64,000 bases of DNA from Phoronis australis (taxonomy: Eukaryota; Animalia; Phoronida), in the NCBI GenBank assembly GCA_002633005.1, contig NMRA01000556.1:1-64000 (forward strand). Reading direction: 5' to 3'. Below the pieces are notes generated by a model that searched no databases, was not told where the DNA came from, and saw nothing but the letters and a program-made list of their open reading frames with translations. The number at the start of each line of letters is the position of its first letter. Position 1 is the first letter of the stretch. Below, one piece after another: positions 35,140 through 48,100 of the stretch. The position numbers were made by a program, and so were the translations under genes.

Positions 35140-35296
35140 TTCTATCTTACTGATGAGGGGGACCACGCCACTTTTAACTATTATCGTACTGACGAGGGGG
35201 ACCACACCACTTTTAACTACTATCTTACTGACGAGTGGACCATGTCACTTTTAATTACTACCTTACTGACAAGGGGGTCCACACCACTTTTCTACT
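35140..35296. repeat. About 39-bp degenerate minisatellite (repeated at 35567-35723 in the duplicated block)
   Basis: CTTACTGACGAGGGGGACCACACCACTTTTAACTACTAT, about 4 copies. Confidence 0.85.
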
Positions 35297-37391
35297 AAGT
35301 TCATAACTTATTCCGGAATACAACAAGCGATGCATTTGATNCTGTTGTGTGTTTGACCAATGGCATTGTTACGATGTGCCAACAGGTAACACTATAGTTT
35401 ACACATGGCTTGACCCACGACTATCAATGAATGCTTCCTCTGTTGTCATAGATTATGGTTTGGGACATTTGTATATATGAAGTGACTTGTATTTCCACTC
35501 TGATTTTATGGAATTCTTAACTTATGCAATATGTTGCAGAACTGCTCAGGACCAACAACTTTCAACTTCTATCTTACTGACGAGGGGGACCATGCCACTT
35601 TTAACTATTATCGTACTGACGAGGGGGACCACACCACTTTTAACTACTATCTTACTGACGAGTGGACCATGTCACTTTTAATTACTACCTTACTGACAAG
35701 GGGGTCCACACCACTTTTCTACTAAGTTCATAACTTATTCCGGAATACAACAAGCGATGCATTTGATTAAGGCAAACTGTCCCTCTATCACTCCCTAACT
35801 GATTGTACAAACTACAAGTGACAGTATGTTTCATAGATCACATGTGATCAGGTACAGTTTTGCCATAATCACAAATCCTTATTCTACTTATTCTACAGGA
35901 AAAGAACTTATGGCGAAGCACAACTTAAAAGTTATTAAACTGTCTGGTGTGTGGATAATCCTTTGTGGTGATCTCACGACTATTTTCACATTTACCAATG
36001 GTTATTTTCTATTGGTTCTGCAATGCCACACTGTATGGCTAAACCTGGGGTTGTGGTACACTTAGACTATTTCCATTCAATACTTTGTTTCAAAAGAGTT
36101 CTTATACAGTGTATAATATAGTTGTTTGAAATGTGGATGAAGGTTACACTTAAATTATGGGCGCTTGAGTATTGTCGACTTAGTCAACATCGAGGTGTTT
36201 TTTTGTTAACATTTGCAGATTTTTGTTAAGAATTGCACCCATTTGTTGTACTATTTCTAGTGCCTTTTTTGAAAATATTTTGTAATGTACAGTTTTGTGT
36301 AGTGTGTTGCTTTGTTGTAGTCTTGTTAATGGTGGTTCTCATTCCTACCTAAGTTACTCAAAAGACATTTAATTTTTACCATGACTCCAAGATTTTTAAC
36401 TAAAGCTTAAAAATCAAACCTGAATCTTCCAGCTGTCAGATGCATAGCATTCATTCATATGAAGAATTTTTAAGGTACTTTGTTCTCATTCCGTTTCAAA
36501 CTTGGGTTGCAATGAAATAGCGTTTTCATCGTACTTTGGTCAGAGCTGAGTGTTGTGTTATTGTGCCTGGCACCGATTTGTTTATTTGTGAAGAGGTTCG
36601 CACAGTGCTGCAGTTAGTCGCGATATTGACAGAGAGCCTGGAAAAACTCTTTGTCAAGATTTGGTCAAAATTTTGGCAGAATCGAAAAGAACTGGATATT
36701 TATTCACAGCTTTGTAGTTCCACATTTTTCAAACTTTTAGGTAAACTTTTATTTTTAAACTTTCAGTACCACGCCTAGTTCCTCTTGTTAAGAAATTGTG
36801 TTTATGAACTAAACCCAAACTAATTTTTCTTCCTCTTCCTACTATGAAAGTTGCTGCTCAAGTCTCGTCTTTCCATTTTTAACCGACTGGTGTGGGTGTA
36901 ACACAACACAAAGGTGAATCAGGTTGCAGGAACAGGTCAAGTGTTCGGCACCCTCGAGACACCACTGCTTCACAGTGAGCCTGGATGCACACAATGTCTC
37001 ATCTATAATTGCGATTGATTGACCAGTGGATTTAAGGGTCTGGCCTGTACTGTGTTTTGGTCACAGCATTTGATCTTTAACTTGGCTCCAAAATGCAGCT
37101 GTTAGATGTAGAAATCAAACACTAGTCTGGTCACTTGTTGTTTCTCAACCCTAGTTGCCTCTGTTGTTTCAGTGTCTTGTTCAATAAAGTGTTTATTTTT
37201 GTACACAAAATTTGCCTTTCTTTAGTTATTGTAGTTTTAGGCGTGACCAAGATTCAGGTATGCGAGTGCACACTTTAAGGGGAAATGGCATTGATCACAA
37301 AAGTGTCCCAGTCAATTCTGTTGTGAAAGTCTCCATTTTACTACATTTCAAAGGCTGACTTGACAACAGGGAAACATCTAGAGGGCTGCCA

Positions 37392-37502
37392 AATAGACGC
37401 CCTAGCTCAAATCTAGACAACCTAGCTCAAATCTAGACAACCTAGCCCAAATCTAGACATCCTACCCCAAATCTAGACACCCTAGCCCAAATCTAGACAC
37501 CC
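37392..37502. repeat. 20-bp minisatellite
   Basis: CCTAGCTCAAATCTAGACAA, about 5 copies. Confidence 0.9.
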
Positions 37503-38502
37503 TGACTAGGACTTTCTCTTCAGCATTTTATGCCCTATTCAACAATGCAAACCTAAAGAAGAGTAAGCATTATGAAAACATTGGCGTATCTTATAACACT
37601 AGAACGGGGAATTCACTGGCCTGTCCAGAATAAAAAGTTGTCTGTGAAATGCCATGCATTTTATTGCAGACCTACGAGTCCACAGTAACATACCACACTA
37701 TAACCACAGTACAACCACAGTATAACCACAGTATAACCACACTTGACTTGAGCCAATGTAAATGCAGCCATGCATCACTGATAATGGGTGCTCTGAGAAA
37801 TTGGCGAACCCATTTTGGACACTCTCTTGTTGAAATAACGTATGAACACCTCAACGCAAATAATGTTTTCATTTGTTTAATGATGTTTACAATATTTTAG
37901 AAGTTGTGTTGATCCAACAGAAATCACCAGTTTGCAACGTGGAGTGAAACTTGAGGTCAGGGCTGTAGTCGAGGGGAGGGGAGGGTTGTAGTAAAAAGGG
38001 AAGTGCTCCCGGGGTAAATTCCAGTTACCATGTTATTGTGGTAAAAAAGTACACCTCGTGTACTACTTCAATTTTAGCGAAACCAAGGATTTTTACACGT
38101 TTGACTTGGCAGCTTGAGAATAGATAATTTTATGTCTGTTGAATCTAGGAATGTGTTTCCTGGAAGATGACTTAAGTCGGGCATTTGGATTTCTGCTACA
38201 TCCATTGATTTTGAAAAATATGTAAATATGAACAAAAGTGAAGACTGAGAATAATATACACATTACTGCTAGTTACTGATCAGAGATAATTTCCATAAAA
38301 ATAATTATTTTAATGTTGCGTTGATAATTACTTGACTAAACCTTTATTCAGCTACACTGAAGTGGGAACATCAGATCAAATTTGTGCCTTAAATCAAATA
38401 TTTTCAAAAATAGGGTCCCTTGTTTCTGCTCAATGACTGTCTCTTGGCGTACAGCTATTGGAGGGCCGAGTCCCAGAGCATTGACAAGTATTTATGCCAA
38501 CC

Positions 38503-39167
38503 TCATGACTGCCTGTCAGTGTTGAATATCTCTTCCATGTCTTTCCTTTTTTCTTTTCCTTTGAGAATGGCTTCTTTAAACAGCCTACAGTACAGCTGAA
38601 CTGCGCACGCTGTGTCGTCATTCCCTGGCACTGGATACGTGATTAGCGACGGATCACTATTAGTGTCAACTATTCCCACCGTGGGTATGAGCATCTTGGC
38701 CGAATCACGTACTGCCACGTGTTGTTCAAATACACTGTTCAGGGTCGAAAGGAAGATGCACAAATCGGGTAACCGCGTCACTGCACCAAACTGAATGGCA
38801 GCGTTAGTGAAAACGCCCCCTCGCCAATAGCGACAGTGAGCGTACTCACCACAGTCTCGGGCAGTCTGTTCAACTAGAGGCATCATGTGGTGGCTGCGAC
38901 TAATGAAAAGCACAATACCGTTGCGGTATGCAACATGTGCGGTGAAATTTAATGCATTTTGTAACATCGGCAGAGTCTGATCGAGATCGACGATGTCGAT
39001 GCCTAAACGATTGCCGAAAATAAATGGCTTCATTCGCTCGTTGCGGACACCATGTTTATGACCAAAATGGACGCGAGCATTGAACAGTTCTTCCTTGGTG
39101 ACCAGTTGGTGTACATCAAAAAAGTCAACGTGCTTCAGCGATTCTGCTTCAAGCCAGCTGTCAATGT
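38503..39167 (-). CDS. MRPS2: MRPS2 terminal exon (uS2 domain)
   Basis: Acceptor TTTCAG|AC; ORF 38503-39228; AATAAA on the minus strand at 38343-38348. Confidence 0.96.
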
Positions 39168-42100
39168 CTGAAAGTAAAAAAGATAAAGTTTTTAAAGAAT
39201 GGAAGACACCCGTCCAATCAGCACACACAAAAGCTGATGTGCAATCTATTTAAATTACAAAAAAATCTAGATTTTAACAGTAAAAGTATACTATATTCTC
39301 TACAAGTAGGAAGTGTGTAGAATTTTTTGCTTTTTACCAATCTTCCATTAGGTGGGTCATGTGATCATATCTTTTAAAACTAAAACGAGGAAAAAGAAAG
39401 GTACATTAATAGGGAAACAATGATACTAATCAAATTTTATTTGACATAAATGTTCAAGAAGAGATGTGAAAAACACTCAAGTTAGAGCTTTTTAAAATAT
39501 AAGTTCGTTTTATTTTTCATGAAAATGATAAATACACAAAATGTACTGAGGTATGTTTTGTATTTATCCTACACACTTCCAATTCCTCTTAAGTTTCTTT
39601 CATTTTTTTGGCAGATTTTTAAAATATTTTACCCACGTGACATCTTATACGTATGTAGGCTACTTTCGCCTTAGGTTACAAGTTTTCTCTAGTAAATGAA
39701 ACAGTTTTAAATGTACAAATTTACTACTTGAAAAAGAAAAAGATGAAAACAATGGGAATTGTGCATTGAACTTTTAACATTTCCTCAAAAAAAGTTAAAC
39801 AACAACAACATTTGATATCGTAGTTACCGAGGAATTGGTGCCTGAGTTGCAGATAATATAATATTTAGCAATTGAAAACTGAGACAGAAGTGTCATATAA
39901 TTAACAGTTTTTTCCAGATGTTACGTTTGGGATCTGATTGCATGTTAAGTGGTACTACCATAATGGTGCAATTACATTTATTTACTTATAACTATTTAGG
40001 GAAAGTTTGACAATTGAACCATAAAACCATATCGACAATAACCTACTTTTTGATTTTTCCATGTCAGAGGTCACTGTTGAAGTAGTCTGGGAGGGGAATA
40101 CAGAAAGCAATATCACATGGTCATATTGCACTTGACTGATTCAATGTACGTGAGACAACCCCTCACACAAATGTGGAAGTTTGATAACACCCAAACAGCT
40201 TTTTGGAGAACAATTAAAGCCTATCTGCCATTTCTGAAGTTGTGAAGTTAGATGAAACAGGTCATTTTTCTATGGTCCTTCATGACCTAAACTTATTTCA
40301 AGTTCATCATGTGTTTGCTGAATACATCAAGCTGCTATCAAAGTGAAATCTTCTCTTACATCATATCTTAACAGGAAAGCCCATTAGGAACTGTTTTGCA
40401 TGTCTAACACTGGCAAATTGAACATTTTCTCAAAGCAATGTTTCCCTTTATTTGAACTGTCTTTATTAATGAACGTAGATCCCACGTCCACGGGAACACT
40501 TCTTTCTTCAAGAAAGGACTTCGAAACACATTTCTTTAAATACAAACGGACGTTGTCTTAGCACTGCCTCACTTTCAAATGTGTGATATGAGTTGCTCAG
40601 GTTCTAATTCACAAGTCTCTACTAGACTGTCTCTACTAGACTGTCTCTACTAGACTGTCTCTACTAGACTGTCTCTACTAGACTGTCTCTACTAGACTGT
40701 CTCTACTAGACTGTCTCTACTAGACTGTCTCTACTAGACTGTCTCTACTAGACTTCAGTGTCCAGCTCGACCATTGTTCATGTAAAGTGCACCGCAATGC
40801 AAGTAATGGGAGGTGCTTTTTATAAACCATGGATCACCATGTTCCCAAATTCCAAAGGATCGCTCACTCGCTCAGTGTAATACTTTTTCTACAATTTGCG
40901 ATGTGAGCTGTCAAAAATTAAAGAATTGTGATGATAAAAAACAATTCCTAAAATCTAGGTTCACAAGCCTCCAACTGTTACTTTTTAAAAATATTCACAG
41001 ACTATACACAAGGCATAACAAAATGTCTTGAACACCAGAAACCACTTTCTAGACAGCAGAGATGATGTCTAGTAGTAAACATGCCAAGGCCAGAATCACA
41101 TGGTAGCGCACTAAGCTCTCTAGTCTTACAAAGATTGAAAGGGTCAGCATTACGTCACATGACTATTGAGTCATACCGTACCATGACTCCGACAGTTACT
41201 GGAAGATACTGGTCATTTACTGCTGCTGGTTTATTAAGCACTAAATAAATAGGCCTCACATAATCAAAGATTGATCATTATGTTGATTTAAATGGATGCA
41301 ACTTTTCTGTGAAACCTAATCCCATTACTTTATCAGACTTGGGTACGCTAGAATAACATTTAATATGAGCATAGACCAGTTTTGGAAGTTATTTCTAATC
41401 CAGTTTAAACGAGTGTTCCCAAAATTTCACCAGTAACTATCACGACATTGCTGATTAAGACAATGCATTTTGCCACTAAGCTTGCCATCAACATTGTGTG
41501 TACTAGCATTAAAATGGCCACCACTACAAATTAGTAATGGGACGGAGGGTATGTTGAATGAAGGCTATGAGGGACCCCATAAAAATGTTGAATTTTGGCC
41601 AAATTTGCAACATGTCATATCTCAGAAACGGCCGACTGTATTCATATGTAACTTTCAGATACCTTGCTTTATGCGCTGTTATCCAAAAAACTGTCAGGGA
41701 TTGTCTTTAAAATGTTCCACTTTTGCATGAGGAGCTATCAAAAATACATCGGAAATGAAATGATAATTTAGAAAACTACAGTGTTTTTGACATTTTAATT
41801 TGAAACTTATATCATACAAAATTTGGTCATTTATTCATACCGTTGTTTTGCTATGAATGTGTCTTTCATTCTTGCTAATTTTTTCTAAAAGGCAAGGTCA
41901 TGTGTTTGATATGAAGCCAAAAGTCAAATTCTGCAAAATCTCCACTTTCAGAAAACGTATACTTCTGCTCAGTTAAATTCTATAGTTTTGTAGATCTTTA
42001 CCTACATGTGCAGACTTATCAGTAAAGTCCTTACCAGAGAAACCAAACAAACACACAGTTTCCACTTAGCATATCAAACATTTCACACGTTTGTTATGAC

Positions 42101-45100
42101 TGCCTAGCTTTATGTAATGCCAGATTCCATCCCGCATTCAACAACATGATGAAAAATTGTTTGAAGCTGTTGAAAAATTTTGATCATACCATGATTTTAG
42201 TTGGTTGGACACCATATTTACAGGTTATAGTGTGGTAAAAAATGTCAAGTGGCTCAGAGAACAGGTTTTAAGAATGACTTTCTAAAACCGCTCTGAGGTG
42301 GTAGCATATTACTATTTAATTATAAAAAGCTGTTGGTCTATTTATACCGACCTCTTGTCTATTTAAACTGTTACAATGTTTCGGTCGGTCTATTCTCCGC
42401 CCATCATCAGGTGTTCCCGCGTTCTTAGAAGAACGAGCACGGATATGTGGTACAATCATGGTGTGATTTTTAAAAAAGAGATTTTAATAATAGGCTTTAA
42501 GAAGCACACACTAGGCCTTTAAGATAACTGTGTGCTTTCCAGTGATAATGTTTTTAGTGAAATATTTTTTATGACTTCTAAAGAGAACAATGCTAGCGAT
42601 AGATTGAAATTTTCTGTTCTTTATTTTTATGAAAAGAACTGACAAAATAGAATTTCACAAGATGGCCATGTTGACTAAGTGAAGACATACGGCTTGTCAG
42701 GGATTATGAGGTTACCTTATGTCACATTAACTTATAGTTTAATGTGTTTTACATATAACTATGGTTATATTATGTGAGTTGAGCGTGTTCGTGTGAGTGA
42801 TTGTGGCTGGCAACTTTCATCCAATTTCATCCAGAATGATGCAAATAGCAAGCGTATGACAAAGATGTCAAAAATATTTTAAAAGCTGGAACTAGACATT
42901 GGAGAATTGTCAACTAGAATTCGAGAACACTCTCCAACCTTTAACACTGAAAGTTTAGGCAGGTTGTTTATCACAACATTCAATCTACAGACATGTGCAC
43001 ATAGTTATATCATAATGCAAAGCCCAAAATCGAATAAGCAATTAATTATAACGATGGAGGATGGTGAGCGGAGAAATGCGTACCAGGTACCAAACCCTTA
43101 CACCTGCAGCCCACTATAAACTTGATTATTACCTGTAATGCCTCCCACAATTAGATGGTAATAAGAATCCAGGTCAATTGCATAACGGGACATGTGAAAT
43201 CTAACCACTGGGCAGCTAGATGACTAAGACCTGTTGACAACTAGTACATTGGTTCTCAATCAACCAAAATCATATAATCATAGAGGTTATAGAATTTTAC
43301 AGACTGGTGGAGAAAATAATTATATTTACCAATTCAATATTTGTCCAGAAAGAGCAGTTGAACACCTGGCATGTTGCATAGGGAGGTGTTACAATATAAG
43401 TAAGTCAAATTTTATGACAGACCAGCGAGAGCGACCGCAAGTTAACACAGAAAACCCAGAAATACACAGGCATGAGCCAGTTGAAATCTACGCAAGGAGC
43501 TAGATCGGATTTAAAAAGATCAAAAGCATAATTCAGACAAACACCATATGGCCAAGAATGGTCAGCAAAGACTTTAACATAATACAATCTGTACAGGGGA
43601 GGGCATACAAAAAAATTCAAGAAAATTCAACTATTACAGTCAAACCGTAGCAAGTCTAGTTCATATTTATTCTCTTGTATTACTCAATTCCACAAGTCCA
43701 AATTTATCTGCAATAAGTAAATTATTATGGGAAATCCTATTTCATGCAGTGTCATTTGTCAAACAATTTGATTAAATTTCTGCAATGGTCGCACAAACTG
43801 AGTAGTGAAATAAAGTAAGAGATACAACTTCAGTTTTCTACGGTTACACTGCAGTCGCAATGGATTTCCTAGATATTACTTTTGGCTAAATAGACCATTT
43901 TATTTTTACACTACTTTGAAATTGACCATTTCTGATTGAAGCAGAGCTCAGTAGCAATTAATTTGGCTACAACGAATTTTGATTGGGATGTTTTGATGTA
44001 ACTTGATTTGACTGCTAACAGTACAAACTTTGAATTTCATCCGTCAGCAACTTCCGCAACAACGTTGAGAGACAAAAGTCTGACCAAGAAAAAATCCATT
44101 GATGAAACACAGGCAAATCCATCTGAATAACAATTGACCAGTAGTGTAACAAACCTGACATATAAGGGTCCCTTGCTCATAACATGCCATTCTAAATCTC
44201 TCAAGCCACCTACATTACATACAATTTAACTTCAAATTAGTTTTACATAACAAACTGGGAAGTCACATTCCATGATGGCTAAATTATTGTTGTTTGACTG
44301 ATCTTGGAAAATAACAACAAGAATTGCCTACCATCTGACGTTATACTCGACTTTTCTATTTGTTGAACGCTCAAGTCAGCTTCATATTGAGTGACCGTAC
44401 TCATGTGTCGAGTGACCATTCTCATGCGTTGAGTGACCGTACTACTTGATTTGGTCAAAGAGCACAATGCAACTTTCAGATGTCGCTGCAGTTTCCCGAG
44501 AGCTGAAAATAAAATGAGACATAAAAAATTTGTCTGAAATGCATTGGACATGCATGGGTTACATATGTCAGGCCCACTGATATAAAGACTGTGTTAAAAC
44601 TCATGAGAACCCTCTTATATGTACATTTAGTAGTTGCCAGGCTCTTCCTGAAACAGGTTGCTGAATATTAGTCCATAGCCATGAAGGTTCATTCTTGGCA
44701 GTTAATTCAAGTTGAAATAAGTTTACAGCTTCCAAAGTCACTACTGCTTCCACTTGTCTGGTCCTCGTTTGACACTCTCTACCTAGCAAAGTGGAATCTA
44801 GTGATTCTTATGGTAGACCAAGCCTAGCCATCTGACTTTTACTCCATAAAGATGAGACCACTGATTACCAGAGCAAGTGTTCACAGGCAGAGTGGTTCCA
44901 CTTTTATTGTATTTGAAAACCTTAGAAGGAGTATTTGAGAAGACAAAGGTCAGCAGCCAGATAGGCCTATTTTCTCCACTTTGCATGTTTGGCACTTAAA
45001 CCAAGTTACCATCAACATATGGCATCCAAATCAGATACTACAGCTTCTGTTTATCAGGCCACCTCACTTATCCTTTGACACAAAAGGATTCATGGTGACT

Positions 45101-48100
45101 GCTCAGACCAAGTCTGGTCATCTCATTTTCACTTCTGTCCATGACAGGAGGGTCTAGAGATTCCCCAGAACAAGTGTCCACACCGCTAGCTGGAGTTGCT
45201 TCTACACACTGTTCACCAAATCCTTGCAAGGAGTTTAAAAGACGACGAACATCCAGAGAAACATTCAATTTGGTAGCCAGTAAGGCCACACTAATCTGTC
45301 CTCTGTCCTTGGTTCAAGGTACTAGTACTGTGCTGTAGCGAACATTCAAACATGGAGAAACGGGACATCTGCACATTGCAGAAAGCAAAGGTATATGGAT
45401 CTACAGCAGGACATCTTGATCTATAGTGAACTAAACAAAGGTCAAATGTCCGCTGCAATAGGCAGAAATGCATAGATGGTGATTTCCAGAAACGGAAATA
45501 AACTGGGTCAATGATGTGAAGAATCTCAAAATATGTAAGCAATGCACCAATTTTTTCACCACTTGTCAAAAAGTGGAACCTTTTGAGAGAAAACACAGGC
45601 TAATTGAGGCAGAGCTTATGAGACCTTGCAATAGGGAGGTGTTATCTATGGTGATTTGGGGGGGGAGGGGAATTTTCTCTTTACCCCTAAAATTCCCATC
45701 TCGAAAAGCAGTCAAGCACTTTCCCCCTCGGGTGTTCGAAGACCCTGTCTAAAGCTGTAACAAACTGTACGCTCTTTCCAAGCTCAGAAAGCACGTTGAG
45801 CGAATACAGCGAGGGCCTTCACCCGCTACGACTAGAGGTTCCCTTTGGCCAGCCAGCTTCTAGNGACGAACATCCAGAGAAACATTCAATTTGGTAGCCA
45901 GTAAGGCCACACTAATCTGTCCTCTGTACTTGGTTCAAGGTACTAGTACTGTGCTGAAGCTAACATTCAAACATGGAGAAACGGGACATCTGCACATTGC
46001 AGAAAGCAAACGTATATGGATCTACAGCAGGACATCTTGATCTATAGTGAACTACACAAAAGTTAAATGTCCGCTGGATTAGGCAGAAATGCATAGATGG
46101 TGATTTCCAGAAACGGAAATAAACTGGGTCAATGATGTGAAGAATCTCAGAAATATGTAAGCAATGCACCAATTTTTTCACCACTTGTCAAAAAGTGGAA
46201 CCTTTTGAGAGAAAACACAGGCTAATTGAGGCAGAGCTTATGAGAGCTTGCAATAGGGAGGTGTTATCTATGGTGATTTGGGGGGGGAGGGGAATTTTCT
46301 CTTTACCCCTAAAATTCCCATCTCGAAAAGCAGTCAAGCACTTTCCCCCTCGGGTGTTCGAAGACCCTGTCTAAAGCTGTAACAAACTGTACGCTCTTTC
46401 CAAGCTCAGAAAGCACGTTGAGCGAATACAGCGAGGGCCTTCACCCGCTACGACTAGAGGTTCCCTTTGGCCAGCCAGCTTCTAGCCACCAAAAACATCC
46501 TGTGAGAAGACTTCACAATCAGCTCAATACGGGAAACATCGCCCCCAATACCCTTCAGTTTATCTTCAGCGGGTATACCTACGGGGAGAGGATATACACC
46601 CAACATCTTCCGTGAACCCACTTGCAGAGGGTATTTCAGAAAGCGCACCATTAAAGCTACATAAAGTACCATATCACAACATCAAGTACAGAGTAATTCA
46701 CTTTCGCCTGTGAGGACATTTCCAAAACAATCACAAATTCAGGATTTTTGAAATATGCGCGAAGGAAAAACTCGGTGGTTGCCACAGAGTTTCCAGTCTC
46801 CCTCCCAGTCATGATACATGTAAATGCATGAATGTGCTCACAGTCAATTGCTTGAAGTCGATTGAGGTCAAAGGTCAGATTTTCCAAATAAGGAGACATG
46901 CTTTGCCTTGTGGGAGAAATATCGACGAAGTGGCGAGCACTTGGCAGACCATCTTATGAAATTTGAAAGTAAAAGACAATGCTTTGATATCAGAAATTAA
47001 AAGTTTTAACAAACAAATCCTAAAAATACCTGGTGAGCAAGTTGAATTCTGTTTCAGTGGCAGAGAAACACTTTCAATATTGCAATTCAGTCTGTTTATC
47101 ATGTTCCAGGCCTCTTTAAGGAACAATTTAAGACCAACATGATAAATGTCTAGAAAATGCTCTTTTAAACAAGAAATGTCTGCTGTGGATATTAATGTTA
47201 CTATTTGGCAGATTTGTATTTAATTCTGATTTTTTGGCAAAATTATTTGCGAAGGTCACTAGAATACAACAGAGGTGGTTCTTCTATAATACAGGTAGGT
47301 TGGGTAACAACTGTGAAGGTAGCACATTTTGAATTTCTTTGAAAAAATTCAAATGCTCAAGAGAACCCAAGACATAACTTCCAAGCAAAACTGAGCTATT
47401 TTTGCAAGTGACAGGTCACATACTTCGATCAGTGTTACACTTATAGAGTGTACTAAGCCCGTAGACAGGCAGCCCAGGGGCTACATGTTGCCCAGCCCTG
47501 GCCTAGGTTAGGGTCTACTACCTTCTGCAGCAAGTCACAAAGCACTGCTATACGAAAATGCTGGTTTTACTTGAAGTTTTTTCAAACGGCTGTTTTAAAA
47601 GAAATTTGACGAAAAGTGGAATGTGCAACCTTCAGCTACATTATAAAATAATCGTCCTCGTCCTCCTTCCTGTTCCAGAATTAGCAAACCAAAATTAAAG
47701 AATTTGTCGATAAAAATGACCACATTCAAAATGAAGATTTTGACATTTGGTTCCGATTCCACCAGATTAAGATTTCGAGAGTCGGTCTAGTTTCTAAATC
47801 AACCAATGGCATACAAGAACAAACTACAATTTTGATACCAGTAAACCAAATTTCAGAAAAAAATTTGTTACTGCGTAGGATTTTGAAAATAGGGTGTCCA
47901 AAATGGGGTTCCCAGTATTCCAGGGCATCCAGGATTCCAATGACGCGTTACCACCACCAACTATCACCATTCACCAGTAACCCCCCAACTACTATCATTT
48001 ACCAGTAACCCCCATACAGTGAATTTTTTTACAAAAAAAAATGGATCAAGACTTTTATGTTTTGATTTACGAAAAAACAGCCAAACAGCTTACCAAACGC

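Noticed and set aside
35140-35296. Repeated CTGATGAG/CTGACGAG suggesting tandem hammerheads
   Set aside because: No GAAA core or stem II follows; an ordinary minisatellite.
34915-35767. Apparent tandem duplication of about 426 bp downstream of LRRIQ3
   Set aside because: The copies meet at a single N (35341) and differ by only a few SNPs, the pattern of overlapping contig ends from two haplotypes.
45244-46484. Apparent tandem duplication of about 620 bp
   Set aside because: Joined by a single N at 45864; probable scaffolding artefact.
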